A DNA stretch of 64,000 nucleotides from Candidatus Latescibacterota bacterium (GTDB taxonomy: Bacteria; Latescibacterota; UBA2968; UBA8231). The stretch covers positions 2,368,001 through 2,432,000 of the forward strand of contig OZ252098.1 of assembly GCA_965248355.1 (NCBI GenBank), in the 5' to 3' direction. Below are positions 1 to 10,200 of this stretch, in pieces. Position 1 is the stretch's first letter, and each line of letters begins with the position of its first letter. The notes under the pieces were generated by a model, which worked only from the letters and a program-made list of their open reading frames with translations, was not told the origin of the DNA and made no database searches. The translations under genes and the position numbers were made by a program.

Positions 1-967
1 CCCAGCTCAGCTTTCCCTGCAGGTCGCTGTAGCGGGGCACGGCCCCGGTGCCGATGGCGTCGACGATGAGGTCGAGATAGCTGCGCCGCCCCGAGGCGAT
101 CCACGATCCGCGCCCGGCCGGGAGAGGGCCTTCGAGCAGCAGTCCCGCCCCCGCCATGCCGAGCTGCACCTCGCCGTCGATCTCCTCGCGGTTGCCCTCG
201 CGCAGGTCGACGAGCATCACCGACGACAGGCGGTCGCCGTAGGCGGCGGAGAAGCCGCCGGCGTAGAACGCGGCGTCCTCGATGAGATCCGTGTTCAGCA
301 GGCCGATCGGGCCGCCCGAGGCCCCCTGGGTCGGGAAGTGATTGATGTTGGGGATCTCGATGTGGTCGACGAGGACCAGGTTCTCCGTGGGGCTGCCGCC
401 GCGGACGATGAGGTCGTTGCGCTCGTCGGTGTTCATGTTCACCGAGGGCATGGCCTGCAGGAGGCGGCTGATGTCCCCCGCCGATCCCGGGGAGCGCCGC
501 ACCTCCTCGTAGCTGAAGCTCACCCCGCCCACCGCCTCTCCCGCGGCGTCGGAGAAGTAGTCGGCCACGACCACCGTCTCCTCGCCCAGATCCATCACCT
601 CCGCGTCGAGATCCAGCTCGAGATCGGTGACCCGGCGCGGACGCACGACCACGTCGGTACGCACGATGTCGGCGTACCCGATCATGGAGATCCGCAGGCG
701 ATGCACGCCCGCCGGGATGCCGGGCAGGGCGAAGCGTCCCCGCCCGTCGGCCATCGCTCCCCGCTCGGTCCCGAGAACGCGCACGCCGGCCCCGGGCAGA
801 GGCTGTTGGGTGGCCCGGTCGAGGATCTCCCCCCGGATCTCGCCGAGCCCCTGGCCGTGGGCGGGCAGGGCGAGCAGGACGGCGGCGGCCAGAGCCGCCA
901 CGGCAGCGGCGAGGGGCCGCCTGGATGGCAGTCGACAGCCTTGGATAATATGATTCTCCTTGATCAA
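1..967 (-). CDS. TonB-dependent receptor, 5' part (signal peptide, carboxypeptidase-regulatory-like domain, plug); runs off the window start
   Basis: Manual minus-strand translation: ...LPAHGQGLGEIRGEILDRATQQPLPGAGVRVLGT...ISMIGY...DISRLLQAMPSVN...RNDLIVRGGSPTENLVLVDHIEIPNINHF...FYAGGFSAAYGDRLSSV. Start uncertain (TTG at 967 or a downstream GTG near 900). Absent from the ORF track because it is open-ended. Confidence 0.85.
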   Translation of the reverse strand, partial: MIKENHIIQGCRLPSRRPLAAAVAALAAAVLLALPAHGQGLGEIRGEILDRATQQPLPGAGVRVLGTERGAMADGRGRFALPGIPAGVHRLRISMIGYADIVRTDVVVRPRRVTDLELDLDAEVMDLGEETVVVADYFSDAAGEAVGGVSFSYEEVRRSPGSAGDISRLLQAMPSVNMNTDERNDLIVRGGSPTENLVLVDHIEIPNINHFPTQGASGGPIGLLNTDLIEDAAFYAGGFSAAYGDRLSSVMLVDLREGNREEIDGEVQLGMAGAGLLLEGPLPAGRGSWIASGRRSYLDLIVDAIGTGAVPRYSDLQGKLSW

Positions 968-980
968 GATGCCTTCATAT
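948..980. promoter_or_regulatory. Palindromic operator upstream of vapB (ATATGA..CTTGATCAAG..TCATAT)
   Basis: AT-rich nested inverted repeat directly before the AGGAG RBS of the antitoxin, typical of TA autoregulation. Confidence 0.5.
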
Positions 981-994
981 AGGAGATTAGCATC

Positions 995-1198
995 ATGAAA
1001 ACCACTGTCGATATTCCCGACAACGAGCTCGAGGACGCCATCCGATTCACCAAGGCGAAGACCAAGCGCGAGGCCATCGTCGGCGCCGTGGCCGACTTCA
1101 ACCGCCGCATGCGCATGGCCGAGCTCACCCGGCACGCCGGCACCTGCTCGGGTCTGATTACCCCGGAGGAGCTGCAGACCGAGAGGCGGCGGGGCTGA
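995..1198 (+). CDS. vapB: Type II TA antitoxin, VapB family
   Basis: 67 aa, MKTTVDIPDNELEDAIRFTKAKTKREAI ribbon-helix-helix-like N-terminus; AGGAG RBS; upstream of a PIN toxin. Confidence 0.85.
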   Translation: MKTTVDIPDNELEDAIRFTKAKTKREAIVGAVADFNRRMRMAELTRHAGTCSGLITPEELQTERRRG

Positions 1199-1202
1199 GC
1201 CG

Positions 1203-1574
1203 TTGATCCTCGTCGATACGTCGTCCTGGGTCCACATGCTGCGTACGGGCGGAGACCCCGAGGTTCGGGCCCGGGTCGAAGCCGCCCTGACCGCGGGGCA
1301 AGCCTGCTGGTGTCCGCTGGTGCAGCTCGAGCTGTGGAATGGCGCGTCGGGGGCCAAGGAGCAGAGGGTCTTGAGGGAATTCGCCCGCGTCCTGCCGCTG
1401 CTTCCCATCGACGCGGAGGTCTGGCATCGGGCCTGTGACCTGGCGCGGAGGGCGCGCGCCAAGGGCGTCACGGTTCCGGCCACCGACGTGGTCATCGCCG
1501 CCTGCGCCCGACGCCACGGCGTCGCTCTCGAAACCGCGGATACGGACTTCGAGCTTCTTGCATCGGTGGACTGA
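1203..1574 (+). CDS. vapC: PIN-domain toxin, VapC family
   Basis: MILVDTSSW...ELWNG...DVVIAACA...TADTDF acidic PIN motifs. Confidence 0.9.
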   Translation: MILVDTSSWVHMLRTGGDPEVRARVEAALTAGQACWCPLVQLELWNGASGAKEQRVLREFARVLPLLPIDAEVWHRACDLARRARAKGVTVPATDVVIAACARRHGVALETADTDFELLASVD

Positions 1575-1702
1575 CTGCCCAAGGACTACGCCCGCCCAGC
1601 CCTCGACCTGCGGCCAGGAGTCCTCCGACTGGGGCGGCGAGCGGCTGCCGGTCGAAGACAACCTGACGCCGCTGGGATTCGGAGATACTGGTGGGGCAGC
1701 GG

Positions 1703-1739
1703 TTGACAGCAATCCTGGCTAGAGTAACAATCTAGCCAG
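1703..1739 (+). promoter_or_regulatory. Sigma70-like promoter (TTGACA) overlapped by the inverted repeat CTGGCTAGA-N7-TCTAGCCAG
   Basis: Perfect -35 at 1703-1708; 9-bp perfect inverted repeat at 1715-1723/1731-1739 upstream of the Phd antitoxin. Confidence 0.7.
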
Positions 1740-1763
1740 ATCACCTGGACAGGACGAACGCTC

Positions 1764-2018
1764 ATGACCGAGTGGCCATTGCAAGACGCCAAGAATCGCT
1801 TCAGCGCGGTGGTGGAGGCGGCGTTGGGCGGCGAGCCTCAACGCGTGACCCGACGCGGCAGGCCCGCTGTCGTCGTTCTGGCCGTAGAGGAGTACGACCG
1901 CCTGCGGCGTCTGGAGCGCGCAGAGGCCCCCTCCCTCGCGGATCTGATGCTCGCCATGCCGCAGGACGACGGGGAGTTCGAGCGGCTGCCGTTGCCGCTG
2001 CGGCCGCTGGACGTCTGA
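1764..2018 (+). CDS. Phd/YefM family antitoxin
   Basis: WPLQDAKNRFSAVVEAALGGEPQRVTRRGRPAVVV is a Phd signature; TGATG coupling to the toxin. Confidence 0.9.
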   Translation: MTEWPLQDAKNRFSAVVEAALGGEPQRVTRRGRPAVVVLAVEEYDRLRRLERAEAPSLADLMLAMPQDDGEFERLPLPLRPLDV

Positions 2019-2437
2019 TGTACCTCATCGACACCGACGTGCTATCGGCGCTGCGCAGACGGGTCCGCGCCCCCAACCTGCTGGCGTGGATATCGGCCCA
2101 GCGCACGGCGGACCTCTACTTGAGCGTTGTGTCCGTCGGCGAGGTGGAAAGAGGCATTGCCCGGCAGGAGCGCCGAGACCCCACGTTTGCGCGCGCCCTC
2201 GCCCTCTGGCTGGACAGCGTGCTGGCGCTCTACGGCGACCACATCCTTCCCGTCGATGTAGCGTCCGCGCGGCGCTGGGGTCGTCTGTCCAACGTGCTCG
2301 GCCATGACGGCGCCGACCTGCTCATCGCCGCCACTGCGCTGGAGCACGGCCTGACCGTGGTGACCCGCAACGTCAGGCACTTCGAGCCGGCCGGCGTCAA
2401 GGTGCTCGATCCCTTCGGCCGCCGGGAGACGCCGTAG
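2018..2437 (+). CDS. vapC: PIN-domain toxin, VapC family
   Basis: MYLIDTDVLS...SVGEVERG...DLLIAATALEHGLTVVTRNVRHF; ATG overlaps the antitoxin stop. Confidence 0.9.
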   Translation: MYLIDTDVLSALRRRVRAPNLLAWISAQRTADLYLSVVSVGEVERGIARQERRDPTFARALALWLDSVLALYGDHILPVDVASARRWGRLSNVLGHDGADLLIAATALEHGLTVVTRNVRHFEPAGVKVLDPFGRRETP

Positions 2438-2502
2438 CCCCGCTCGGTTGCAGCAAGGAAATCGCACTACTGGCCAGCAACAGGCAGGCGGACCGGCTGG
2501 AC

Positions 2503-2700
2503 TTGCCGCGCCGCTACCGGGACCAGCTTGAGGCGCTGCTGCGCGAGCACGTGCCCGGCGTCGAGGTGTGGGCCTACGGAAGCAGGGCAAACGGCGAGAG
2601 CCACGAGGGCAGGGACCTCGACCTGGTGCTGCGCGGTCCCGCCCTGGAACCGTGTTTGTCCTTGATGCGTGGATCCCGAAGAGACTCTGCACGACCGTAG
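2503..2700 (+). pseudogene. Truncated minimal nucleotidyltransferase (MNT) fragment
   Basis: EVWAYGSRANGESHEGRDLDLVLRG carries the GS...DxD motif, but similarity ends after about 50 aa and there is no partner gene. Confidence 0.65.
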
Positions 2701-2961
2701 CGCAGGCCGATGAAGTACCCCGGCCAGACGAAGACCCCGTCCTCCCGTTCCTATTGATCAGGCGGGGATGGCCCTCACGGTGGTGCCCCGCCTGGCACTA
2801 CCGCGCAGCCCGGTCTGCTCCGGCGCCAGGCGCGGAAGTCGCCGGCCTTCACCTCCATGAACTCACCTTCGGCCAGGACCCGTTCCGCCAGGTGCCAGTC
2901 CGCGCCCGGGACTATGGACCAACCCGGAGTCCGGGCTTTCTCCTGGCCGGGGCCGGCGCCG

Positions 2962-4200
2962 TCAGAAGGCGTCGAGCGGCACCGCGTCCACGGACGAGGT
3001 CAGGCGAAAACGCTCGCGGCAGAGGCAGACCAGCAGGCCGGGCCCCGCACGGTCACCGAAGAGGGCCTGGAAGCGCTCGATCCCCTCGACGTGCTCCCGC
3101 CTGGGCGTGGCCGTGAGCTTGGCCTCGATGGGGATCAGCTGCCGGCCGTCGTCGAGGATGAAGTCCACCTCGTGGCCGCCGGCGGTGCGCCAGAAGTGGA
3201 GGCGCGGCACCTCGCCCCGGTGCACGAGCAGCCGGTACAGGGCGCCCAGAACGGCGCTCTCGATCATGGGGCCCGCGGCCATCCCCTGCAGCACCTGGGC
3301 CGCATCGGTGAGGCCGAGGAGGTAGCCGAGGATGCCGGTGTCCAGGAAGAAGATCTTCGGCCGCTTGACCAGCCGCTTGCCGAGATTCGCGTGGTAGGGC
3401 CTCAGGGTCAGCACCTGCCCGCTCGCCTCCAGGACCGAGACCCAGGCCTTGACCGTCTTCGAGGTCACCCCGAGGTCGCGCGCCAGGTCGGAGAAGTTGA
3501 TGAGCGCTCCCGAGCGGGCGGCCAGCGCGTAGAGCACGCGCTGGAAGTCCCCCAGCTCGCCGACGGCCCGCAGGGAGCGGACGTCGCGCTCGAGATAGGT
3601 CTGGATGTAGCTGCTGAGCCACAGGGCGGGTTCGACACGCGCGTCGAGGGCGGGCTCGGGGAAGCCGCCGCGGAGGAGCCGCCCGGCGATCTCCGCCGGG
3701 TCGCCCGCGGAGCCGCTCTCCGTGCGCCCGGCGCCATCCAGCACCTCCCGCCAGGCGGCGTCGGGCTGGGCGCGGCCCCTCGTTTCGGCCAGCGACATCG
3801 ACTGCAGCGAGAGCACCGCGGCGCGCCCGGCGAGGGACTCCGACACACCCCGCATGAGCGGAAAGGCCTGCGAACCCGTGATCACGTAGCGGCCCTTCTC
3901 CGCCCTGTGCTCGTCCACGTCGATCTTGACGGTGTGGAGCATCTCCGGCGCGTACTGGATCTCGTCGAGGATCACGGGAGGGGGAAAGCGCGAGAGCAGC
4001 AGGGGGGAGTCGCCGCGGGCCTGCTCGCGAAGGCCGATGTCGTCCAGGGTGCAGTAGGAGTGGGTCGCCCCGAAGAGGTGGCGCACGAGGGTGGTCTTGC
4101 CGGACTGGCGGGGGCCGGTGAGGACCACGGCCGGGAACTGCTGTGCGGCCCGGGCCAGGACGCGGGCCAGGGTGCGCTCGGTGTACGGCAGGTCGGCCAT
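2962..4200 (-). CDS. AAA_14 ATPase with DUF4143 C-terminal (wHTH + PD-(D/E)xK-like) domain, paralogue 1
   Basis: GPRQSGKTT Walker A, ILDEIQ Walker B, ITGS, ESLAGR, KIFFLDTG, HFWRT...EVDFI...IEAK. Confidence 0.9.
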   Translation of the reverse strand: MADLPYTERTLARVLARAAQQFPAVVLTGPRQSGKTTLVRHLFGATHSYCTLDDIGLREQARGDSPLLLSRFPPPVILDEIQYAPEMLHTVKIDVDEHRAEKGRYVITGSQAFPLMRGVSESLAGRAAVLSLQSMSLAETRGRAQPDAAWREVLDGAGRTESGSAGDPAEIAGRLLRGGFPEPALDARVEPALWLSSYIQTYLERDVRSLRAVGELGDFQRVLYALAARSGALINFSDLARDLGVTSKTVKAWVSVLEASGQVLTLRPYHANLGKRLVKRPKIFFLDTGILGYLLGLTDAAQVLQGMAAGPMIESAVLGALYRLLVHRGEVPRLHFWRTAGGHEVDFILDDGRQLIPIEAKLTATPRREHVEGIERFQALFGDRAGPGLLVCLCRERFRLTSSVDAVPLDAF

Positions 4201-4236
4201 GCCGGGAAACCAAGGCCGCACGACGGTTTGGCGCAA

Positions 4237-4320
4237 GCAAATCGGGAATTACAATCCAAATTTGCATGGTCTGGACAGGCCAATCATAGGTAAATCAGGG
4301 AATCAAATTCCGAATTTGCA
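4237..4320. promoter_or_regulatory. Two tandem ~30-bp imperfect palindromes upstream of AAA_14 paralogue 1
   Basis: GCAAATCGGGAATTACAATCCAAATTTGC and GTAAATCAGGGAATCAAATTCCGAATTTGC; AT-rich in a GC-rich context. Confidence 0.65.
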
Positions 4321-4402
4321 CATCTCAGGCCCATCTGAGCGCATCCTAGGGGCCGTGCGATCTCCGGTGGGCAGGACGAAGGGGCTCAGCTAGCCGACCG
4401 GC

Positions 4403-4423
4403 CCGGGACGGAATTCGTCCCGG
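4403..4423 (-). terminator. Hairpin after sthA
   Basis: CCGGGACG-gaatt-CGTCCCGG immediately after the sthA stop; no clear U-tract. Confidence 0.4.
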
Positions 4424-4424
4424 C

Positions 4425-5879
4425 TCAGGCGTCCCCGGCGACGGCGGTCGCCGTCTCCTGGGTCATGATGGCGCTGCGCACGAGGGCGAGCTTGTTGGCG
4501 GCGTTGAAGGCGGCCACCTTGTAGCACTCGGCCAGGGTGGGGTAGTTGAAGACCGTGCGGATGAAGTAGTCGAGCCCGCCTCCCAGCCCCAGGACGGCCT
4601 GCCCCACGTGGACCAGCTCGGTGGCCCCCGAGCCGATGCAGTGGGCCCCGAGCAGACGCCCGTCCTCGCGGTGGAAGATCAGCTTCACCATGCCTGAGTC
4701 GTCGCCGAGGATCTGCCCGCGGGCGATCTCCTTGTAGTGGGCGATGCCGGTCTCGTAGGGCACGCGGTCGCGGGTCAGCTCCTGCTCGGTCTCCCCGACC
4801 AGGGAGATCTCCGGGATGGCGTAGAGGCCGATGGGGTAATGGCGGCCCATGGGCTGGGCCTCGACGCCGAACATGTGGCAGGCGGCCAGGCGCCCCTGCT
4901 CGCTGGAGGTGGAGGCCAGGGCGGGAAAGCCGATGACGTCGCCGGCGGCGTAGATGTTCTCCACCGCCGTGCGGTAGTGGTCGTCCACGACCAGGCGGCC
5001 GCGCTCGTCCGCCTGCAGCCCCACGGCTTCGAGGGCGAGATCCTCGGTGGCGCCGATGCGGCCGGCCGAGAACAGGACCACGTCGGCGACGATGTTCTTG
5101 CCCGACTCGAGCTGGATGAGCCCCTTCGGCTGGGGCACCTCCACCACCTCCAGGTGCTCCACCGCCTCGCCGCAGCGAAAGGTGACGTCCGCCTTGCGCA
5201 GCTGGTGGATCAACTCGTCGACGATCTCATGGTCGATGAACTCCAGGGGGCGGGGGCGGCGGTCGATGATCGTCACCTGCACGCCCAGGGCGGCGAACAT
5301 GGAGGCGTACTCGATGCCCACGACGCCGGCCCCGACCACCGCCAGGTTGCGCGGCAGGTTGTCGATGTCGAGGACGTGGTCCGAGGTCATGATCGTCCTG
5401 CCGTCCGGGGGCAGCCCGGGCGGATCGCTGGCGCGGGTGCCCACGGCCACGAGCACCTTGTCCACCGCCAACCGGCGCCGGCCCTGGAGCCCCTCCACCA
5501 GGACGGTGTGGGGATCGACGAAGGAGGCGCGTCCCCGGATGACCTCGACGTCGTTGCGCGCCAGGTTCTCCTGGACCACGGAGAGCTCGCGCTCGATGAC
5601 GCGCTCCACGTGACCCACGAGCTGCTGCATGGTGGGCCTCGAACGGGGCCGGAACTGCTCGTAGGCCTCCAGCCCGGGACGGGAGTAGCCGCGGCGCACG
5701 GCTTCGCGGAACGTCTTGGAGGGGATGGTGCCGCTCTCGATGCAGACGCCGCCGACGATCTGCTGCTTCTCGACGACGCCCACCCTCTTGCCCAGCTTGG
5801 CCGCCTGGATGGCGGCGCGCTGGCCGGCGGGCCCGCTGCCGATGCAGACGAGATCGTAGTCGTGGTGATCATCGCTCAC
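4425..5879 (-). CDS. sthA: Soluble (Si-specific) NAD(P)+ transhydrogenase
   Basis: YDLVCIGSGPAGQRAAIQAAKLG, GGVCIESGTIPSK (single Cys), GDVIGFPALASTS, TVFNYPTLAECYKVAA. Confidence 0.92.
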   Translation of the reverse strand: MSDDHHDYDLVCIGSGPAGQRAAIQAAKLGKRVGVVEKQQIVGGVCIESGTIPSKTFREAVRRGYSRPGLEAYEQFRPRSRPTMQQLVGHVERVIERELSVVQENLARNDVEVIRGRASFVDPHTVLVEGLQGRRRLAVDKVLVAVGTRASDPPGLPPDGRTIMTSDHVLDIDNLPRNLAVVGAGVVGIEYASMFAALGVQVTIIDRRPRPLEFIDHEIVDELIHQLRKADVTFRCGEAVEHLEVVEVPQPKGLIQLESGKNIVADVVLFSAGRIGATEDLALEAVGLQADERGRLVVDDHYRTAVENIYAAGDVIGFPALASTSSEQGRLAACHMFGVEAQPMGRHYPIGLYAIPEISLVGETEQELTRDRVPYETGIAHYKEIARGQILGDDSGMVKLIFHREDGRLLGAHCIGSGATELVHVGQAVLGLGGGLDYFIRTVFNYPTLAECYKVAAFNAANKLALVRSAIMTQETATAVAGDA

Positions 5880-6009
5880 GGATCAGGCTCCCGGGCCTCC
5901 GACGGCGGCAGGCCCCCTGCGGGTTCTACCTGAATATGGGGAATCCGCGGGACAGGGGGGGATTCTTCGTGACGGGGGGATGGCTTTCCGGTGCCCCGGG
6001 GCCATCCCG

Positions 6010-7194
6010 TCACCGCAGCAGGGTCAGCTTGCGCGTCTGCACGACCCCGGTCGTCACCAGCCGGTACACGTAGACCCCGCTGGCCAGGGGGCGGCCCCGG
6101 TCGTCGCGGCCGTCCCAGCGCAGGCGATGGAGGCCCGCCTTCCGCGGCCCCTCGTGCAGCACCGCCACCCGCTGCCCCGTCAGCGCGAACACCTCCAGGC
6201 GCGCCACCCCCGGCTGCAGCTGGAACCAGGAGATCACGGTCCCGCTGTTGAAGGGGTTGGGCGCGTTCTGCTGCAGTTGCGGGCCGTCGGGCAGCCCGAT
6301 CAGCTCTCGCGCCATGGCCACCAGCTTGGCCCGCGCCGGCTGTCCGAAATTCTCGGCGAAGAGGAAGAAGTCGGCGAAATCCACCGAGCCGCTGCCGTCC
6401 AGGTCGAAGCGGGGGTCGCTGCCGCCGAAGGCCTCGGCGAAGAGGAAGAAGTCGGAGAAGCCGACCTCGCCGTCGCCGTCGAAGTCGGGGGTGGCTTTGG
6501 CAGTGGCGGTGAAGGTTACGGGCTCGAGGTCGGACACGGTCACCTCGACGATGATCATCCCAGGCTCGCGCCCCAGGGTCAGGGTGGTGGCCGCCCGGCC
6601 CTCGGCGTCGGTGGTGTCGGTGAGGACTGAGAGGGCGCCGCCCTCGCCGGTGAGCGAAAAGGTGACCTCGGCGCCTTCCAGAGGTTTGCCGTACTGGTCT
6701 CTCACTTCGACCGCGAAGGGATCGTCCAGTGACGAGCCGAGCGGTCCCTCCTGCTCCTCGCCGCCGATCATGTCCAAGACCTGGGGACGCGGCAGGACCA
6801 ACGGCACATCCCACAGCAGGATCGTGCCGTCGTGGGAGGAGGAAGCGAGGATCTCGCCGTCGGGGGAGAACAACACGTCGCCAACGAAGTGCGCGTGTCC
6901 TTCGAGGGTTGCCAGGGCATCGCCTGTCGCCAACTCCCAAAGCCTGACCAGCTTGTCGTCGCCTCCGGTGGCGTAGAGGGTTGCGTCGGGGGAGATGCCA
7001 ATGCCGTCGGCCCCGCTCAATCGCAGGATCCTGATGGAGGCGCTCCTCGCCACATCCCAGAGGTTGACCCGGGTAGTTGACCCGGAGGCCAAGGTCGCGC
7101 CGTCAGGGGAAAAGGCCAGGGCGCGAATCTCGTACTGATGCCCGAAGGCGGCAACGTAGTGCCTGGCCGTCTGCGCCACCGCTTTGAAGTGCAT
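6010..7194 (-). CDS. WD40 repeat + Ig-like (Big_1) + paired Ca-binding/dockerin-like + FlgD-Ig C-terminal domain protein; probably 5'-truncated
   Basis: About three WD40 repeats (FSPDGATLASGS; LEGHAHFVGDVLFSPDGEILASSSHDGTILLWD), DFDGDGEVGFSDF/DLDGSGSVDFADF, QNAPNPFN...SGVYVYRL...RKLTLLR. No signal peptide. Confidence 0.8.
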   Translation of the reverse strand: MHFKAVAQTARHYVAAFGHQYEIRALAFSPDGATLASGSTTRVNLWDVARSASIRILRLSGADGIGISPDATLYATGGDDKLVRLWELATGDALATLEGHAHFVGDVLFSPDGEILASSSHDGTILLWDVPLVLPRPQVLDMIGGEEQEGPLGSSLDDPFAVEVRDQYGKPLEGAEVTFSLTGEGGALSVLTDTTDAEGRAATTLTLGREPGMIIVEVTVSDLEPVTFTATAKATPDFDGDGEVGFSDFFLFAEAFGGSDPRFDLDGSGSVDFADFFLFAENFGQPARAKLVAMARELIGLPDGPQLQQNAPNPFNSGTVISWFQLQPGVARLEVFALTGQRVAVLHEGPRKAGLHRLRWDGRDDRGRPLASGVYVYRLVTTGVVQTRKLTLLR

Positions 7195-7279
7195 TCATCC
7201 CTCCGTTTCGTTCGAGATGGCTCTGCCAGCAAAATACAAGGAACATGCTCCCCTCGCACGAGCTTGCCTCCTGAATCGC

Positions 7280-10200
7280 CTACACCGCCACCCTCGTCTC
7301 CGCGTCCCCCGCGGCCAGGGCATTCATGTACGTCAGGATCAGCTCCCGGGTGCGGTAGCGGCCGAAGACGGCCTCGTCCTCGCGGCGGACGATGGGGAAG
7401 GTGTCGAGCACGTACGCAGCGTCCTCCCTGGTGAGGCCGTAGAGGTGGAAGTAGAGGGCGTCCAGGCGTGCCCGGAGGTGGCGGCGTTCCTCCTCGTCCC
7501 AGGGGAAGGGCGGGCCGTCGTGGCCGAGGTCGCGGGCGAAGGGGGCCATGTCGTGGGCAGTGTACGTGAGGCGGAGGACGTGGTCCCGGGCGAGGTCTCG
7601 GGCGGTGGCGGCGCCGAAGCGGCGGTCGTAGTCGACGGGTACAATGACCGGGAACTGTTCGACGGTGTACCAGGTGAGATGAGTCGCCTGAACCTTCTGG
7701 CGAGCCACGTAGTCGAACGCAAAACTGTTGAGATTTGCGAGGAAGCAGGCTGCGCTCTCGGCGTCCATGCCGTCTTCGGATGGAAGAAGGACCGGTAGTG
7801 TATGCCCGCATCCAACTTTGGGAATGGCGGCTGCAATCATGGTGCGGACATTGGTGGACGCGGTGATGTCCTTGAACGCCAGGAGCCATCGTACGCCTTG
7901 GAGGACATCGCTTTCCTGCTGGTTGACCCAGTAGCGGGGACGAGGTGAGAAGGCGGGGTCTTGGTGTTCTTCTTCAAGGGTTCTGTCCGGCTGTCCGGGT
8001 CGAAACAGGTTTCCTTCCCGAGTGGTTATGCTTGCGGCTCGGTGGTCGAATGCCTGCACCATCTTCCCTTCATACAACGGAAGATACAGTTCCTCCCCTC
8101 GCTTCCAGCGATTGCCCTCCACCGGATAGGCACCCTCGGCTTCCAGCTGTTCGGCAGTGCGGAAGAGGTGGGAGTCCGAGGTCATGTTGAAGTGCCCCTG
8201 CATGAACCGAACCGGCCATGCGCGGCGCTCGTCACCTCCCGAACGGTCAACCAGCACCGGCTGGCGTTCGTAGATCCGTCGGGTGACCTCCGCGTCCCTC
8301 CGAGTGCGAAACATAGGTGCGGTTCCGGAATTTGGATTGACTCGAGCGAAGTCCGCAGGGGTCAATGGAAAGCAACGGTTCGCGTCAGCCAGCGTTCCCG
8401 TGTCGGGCAGAAAGAAAGCGCATTCAGTTTGGTCGAACCTCCGTTCATCGCCGCCGAAGACGAGAGCGCAGAACTTGAAGCGGGAATCCACATCCGGGAA
8501 GAAGGGCGGCAGGCCGGTTCCGAGGCGGCGGTTCTCAAAGTCGAATAACCCGCCCACACGTCCGCTGGTCGAGATCGCCTTGAAGAAGTGGGACGCGGTC
8601 TTGTCCGCGTAGATCCCCGACGGGGTCAGGAGACCCACGAATCCGTCCTGCTTGATCAAACCCATGGCACGCTCTACAAACAGCGAGTAGAGATTGATCC
8701 GGCCTTCGCTCAGGAGGGGATACTCGCCACAGGTACGTACGAACACGCGCACTGCTGCAGCCCGGCCCCGCACCGTTTCGTACTCCAGAGCCAGCCTATC
8801 GCCCGCTTCTCTCTTCTGCTTGATCAGTACCTTGCGATCGGCTCCGGTTACAGCCCCGGCTATCTGTTCGTCTCGGCTTGCGAACCACTCCACTTCCGGC
8901 TGCTCTATCTGGTCCCACGGCGGGTTCCCGATGACGGCATCGAATCCCCCTTGCGGCCGACTCTCCTGCCACCGGCGCCACACCCCCGGGAAGGCCGCCT
9001 CCCAGTGCAGGAAGCCCTCCCGGTCGGCCAGGGCGCGGGCCTCGTTCCAGCGCTCGACGAACCGCGGCCAGTCCTTGTCCTTGGGTGGGTCGCCGTCAAG
9101 AGACTCCGGACCCCGGGCCAGCAGCTTGAAGGCCTCCGCCGAGTGCCGGCCGAGAGTGACGTCCAGCGGCCCCTCGAAGGCCGCACGCTCCTTCTTCTTC
9201 ATGCCCGCGGTGAGCCAGCGCCAGCCGCAGAGGATGTCGAGCAGGCCGCGCAGATCGGAGGTCGTCTTCTCCACCCCGCTGAACAACTCCGCCGACGCCT
9301 GCACTTCCGCCACATCGGAGTCGGACATCTCCTCGATGCGCTGCATGCCCTCGGTGGCGTTTTCGGCGCCCTGGATGGCGCTTTGGGCGAACATCCGGGC
9401 CAGGCGGTGCAGGTCCTGCACGGCCTCCGACACCCGCAGGCCGACAAGCGAGTCCCCGCAGCGCAGGTGGTGGTCGAGGAAGGACAGCGGCGCGCCCACG
9501 GTGAAGCTGTGCAGCCACAGGGAGACCTTGGCCAGCTCCACGGTGAGCGGGTTCTTGTCCACGCCATAGATGCAGCGCTTGAGCACCATGCGGCGGATGA
9601 TGGCCTGGTCGGTGAGCTGGCCCTCGTCGAGGACCCAGTCCGATTCTTTCGCGCGCCGGAGGATCTCCTCGCGGATCCCGGCCACCCGCCCGACCAGCGG
9701 CGACGCGTACTCGCCGTCGAGCCACTCCGGGACCGCGGGGACGTACTCGACCAGGTCGGCGATGTAGTCGGAGAGGAAGTCCACGGCCGTGACCAGGAAG
9801 TGGCCGCTGCCCATGGCCGGGTCCAGGACCTTGAGATCCAGCACCGCCTCGGCTGGATCGAGCTTGAGCAACTCGGCTTGGCGCTGGGCCTTCGGCCGGC
9901 GGTCGCTCTTGAGGGCGTCGGCCTTCTCCTCGAAAGCCTTGAGACGCTCCTCGGCCAGCGGCTTCAGCGTGCGCTCGACGATGAGGTCCACCAGCTCCTG
10001 GGGCGTGTAGAAGCTGCCGCTGTCCTTGCGTGCATAGGGGTTGGGGCGGATCTCGATGCCGTCGCCGCCCCGCACCGGCTCGCGCTCGAGGAGGCGTTCG
10101 TAGATGGAGCCGAGCTGCTGCACGGACATGTCGCGGTAGTTGACGAAGTGTCGCTTGCCCTCGGCGTCCCTGGCGTGGCTCAGGTCGTGGATCAGGGGAG

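Noticed and set aside
2700..2960. Possible gene remnant and CAGGCGGGG/CCCCGCCTG hairpin
   Set aside because: No recognisable family, and such a hairpin is expected by chance at this GC content.
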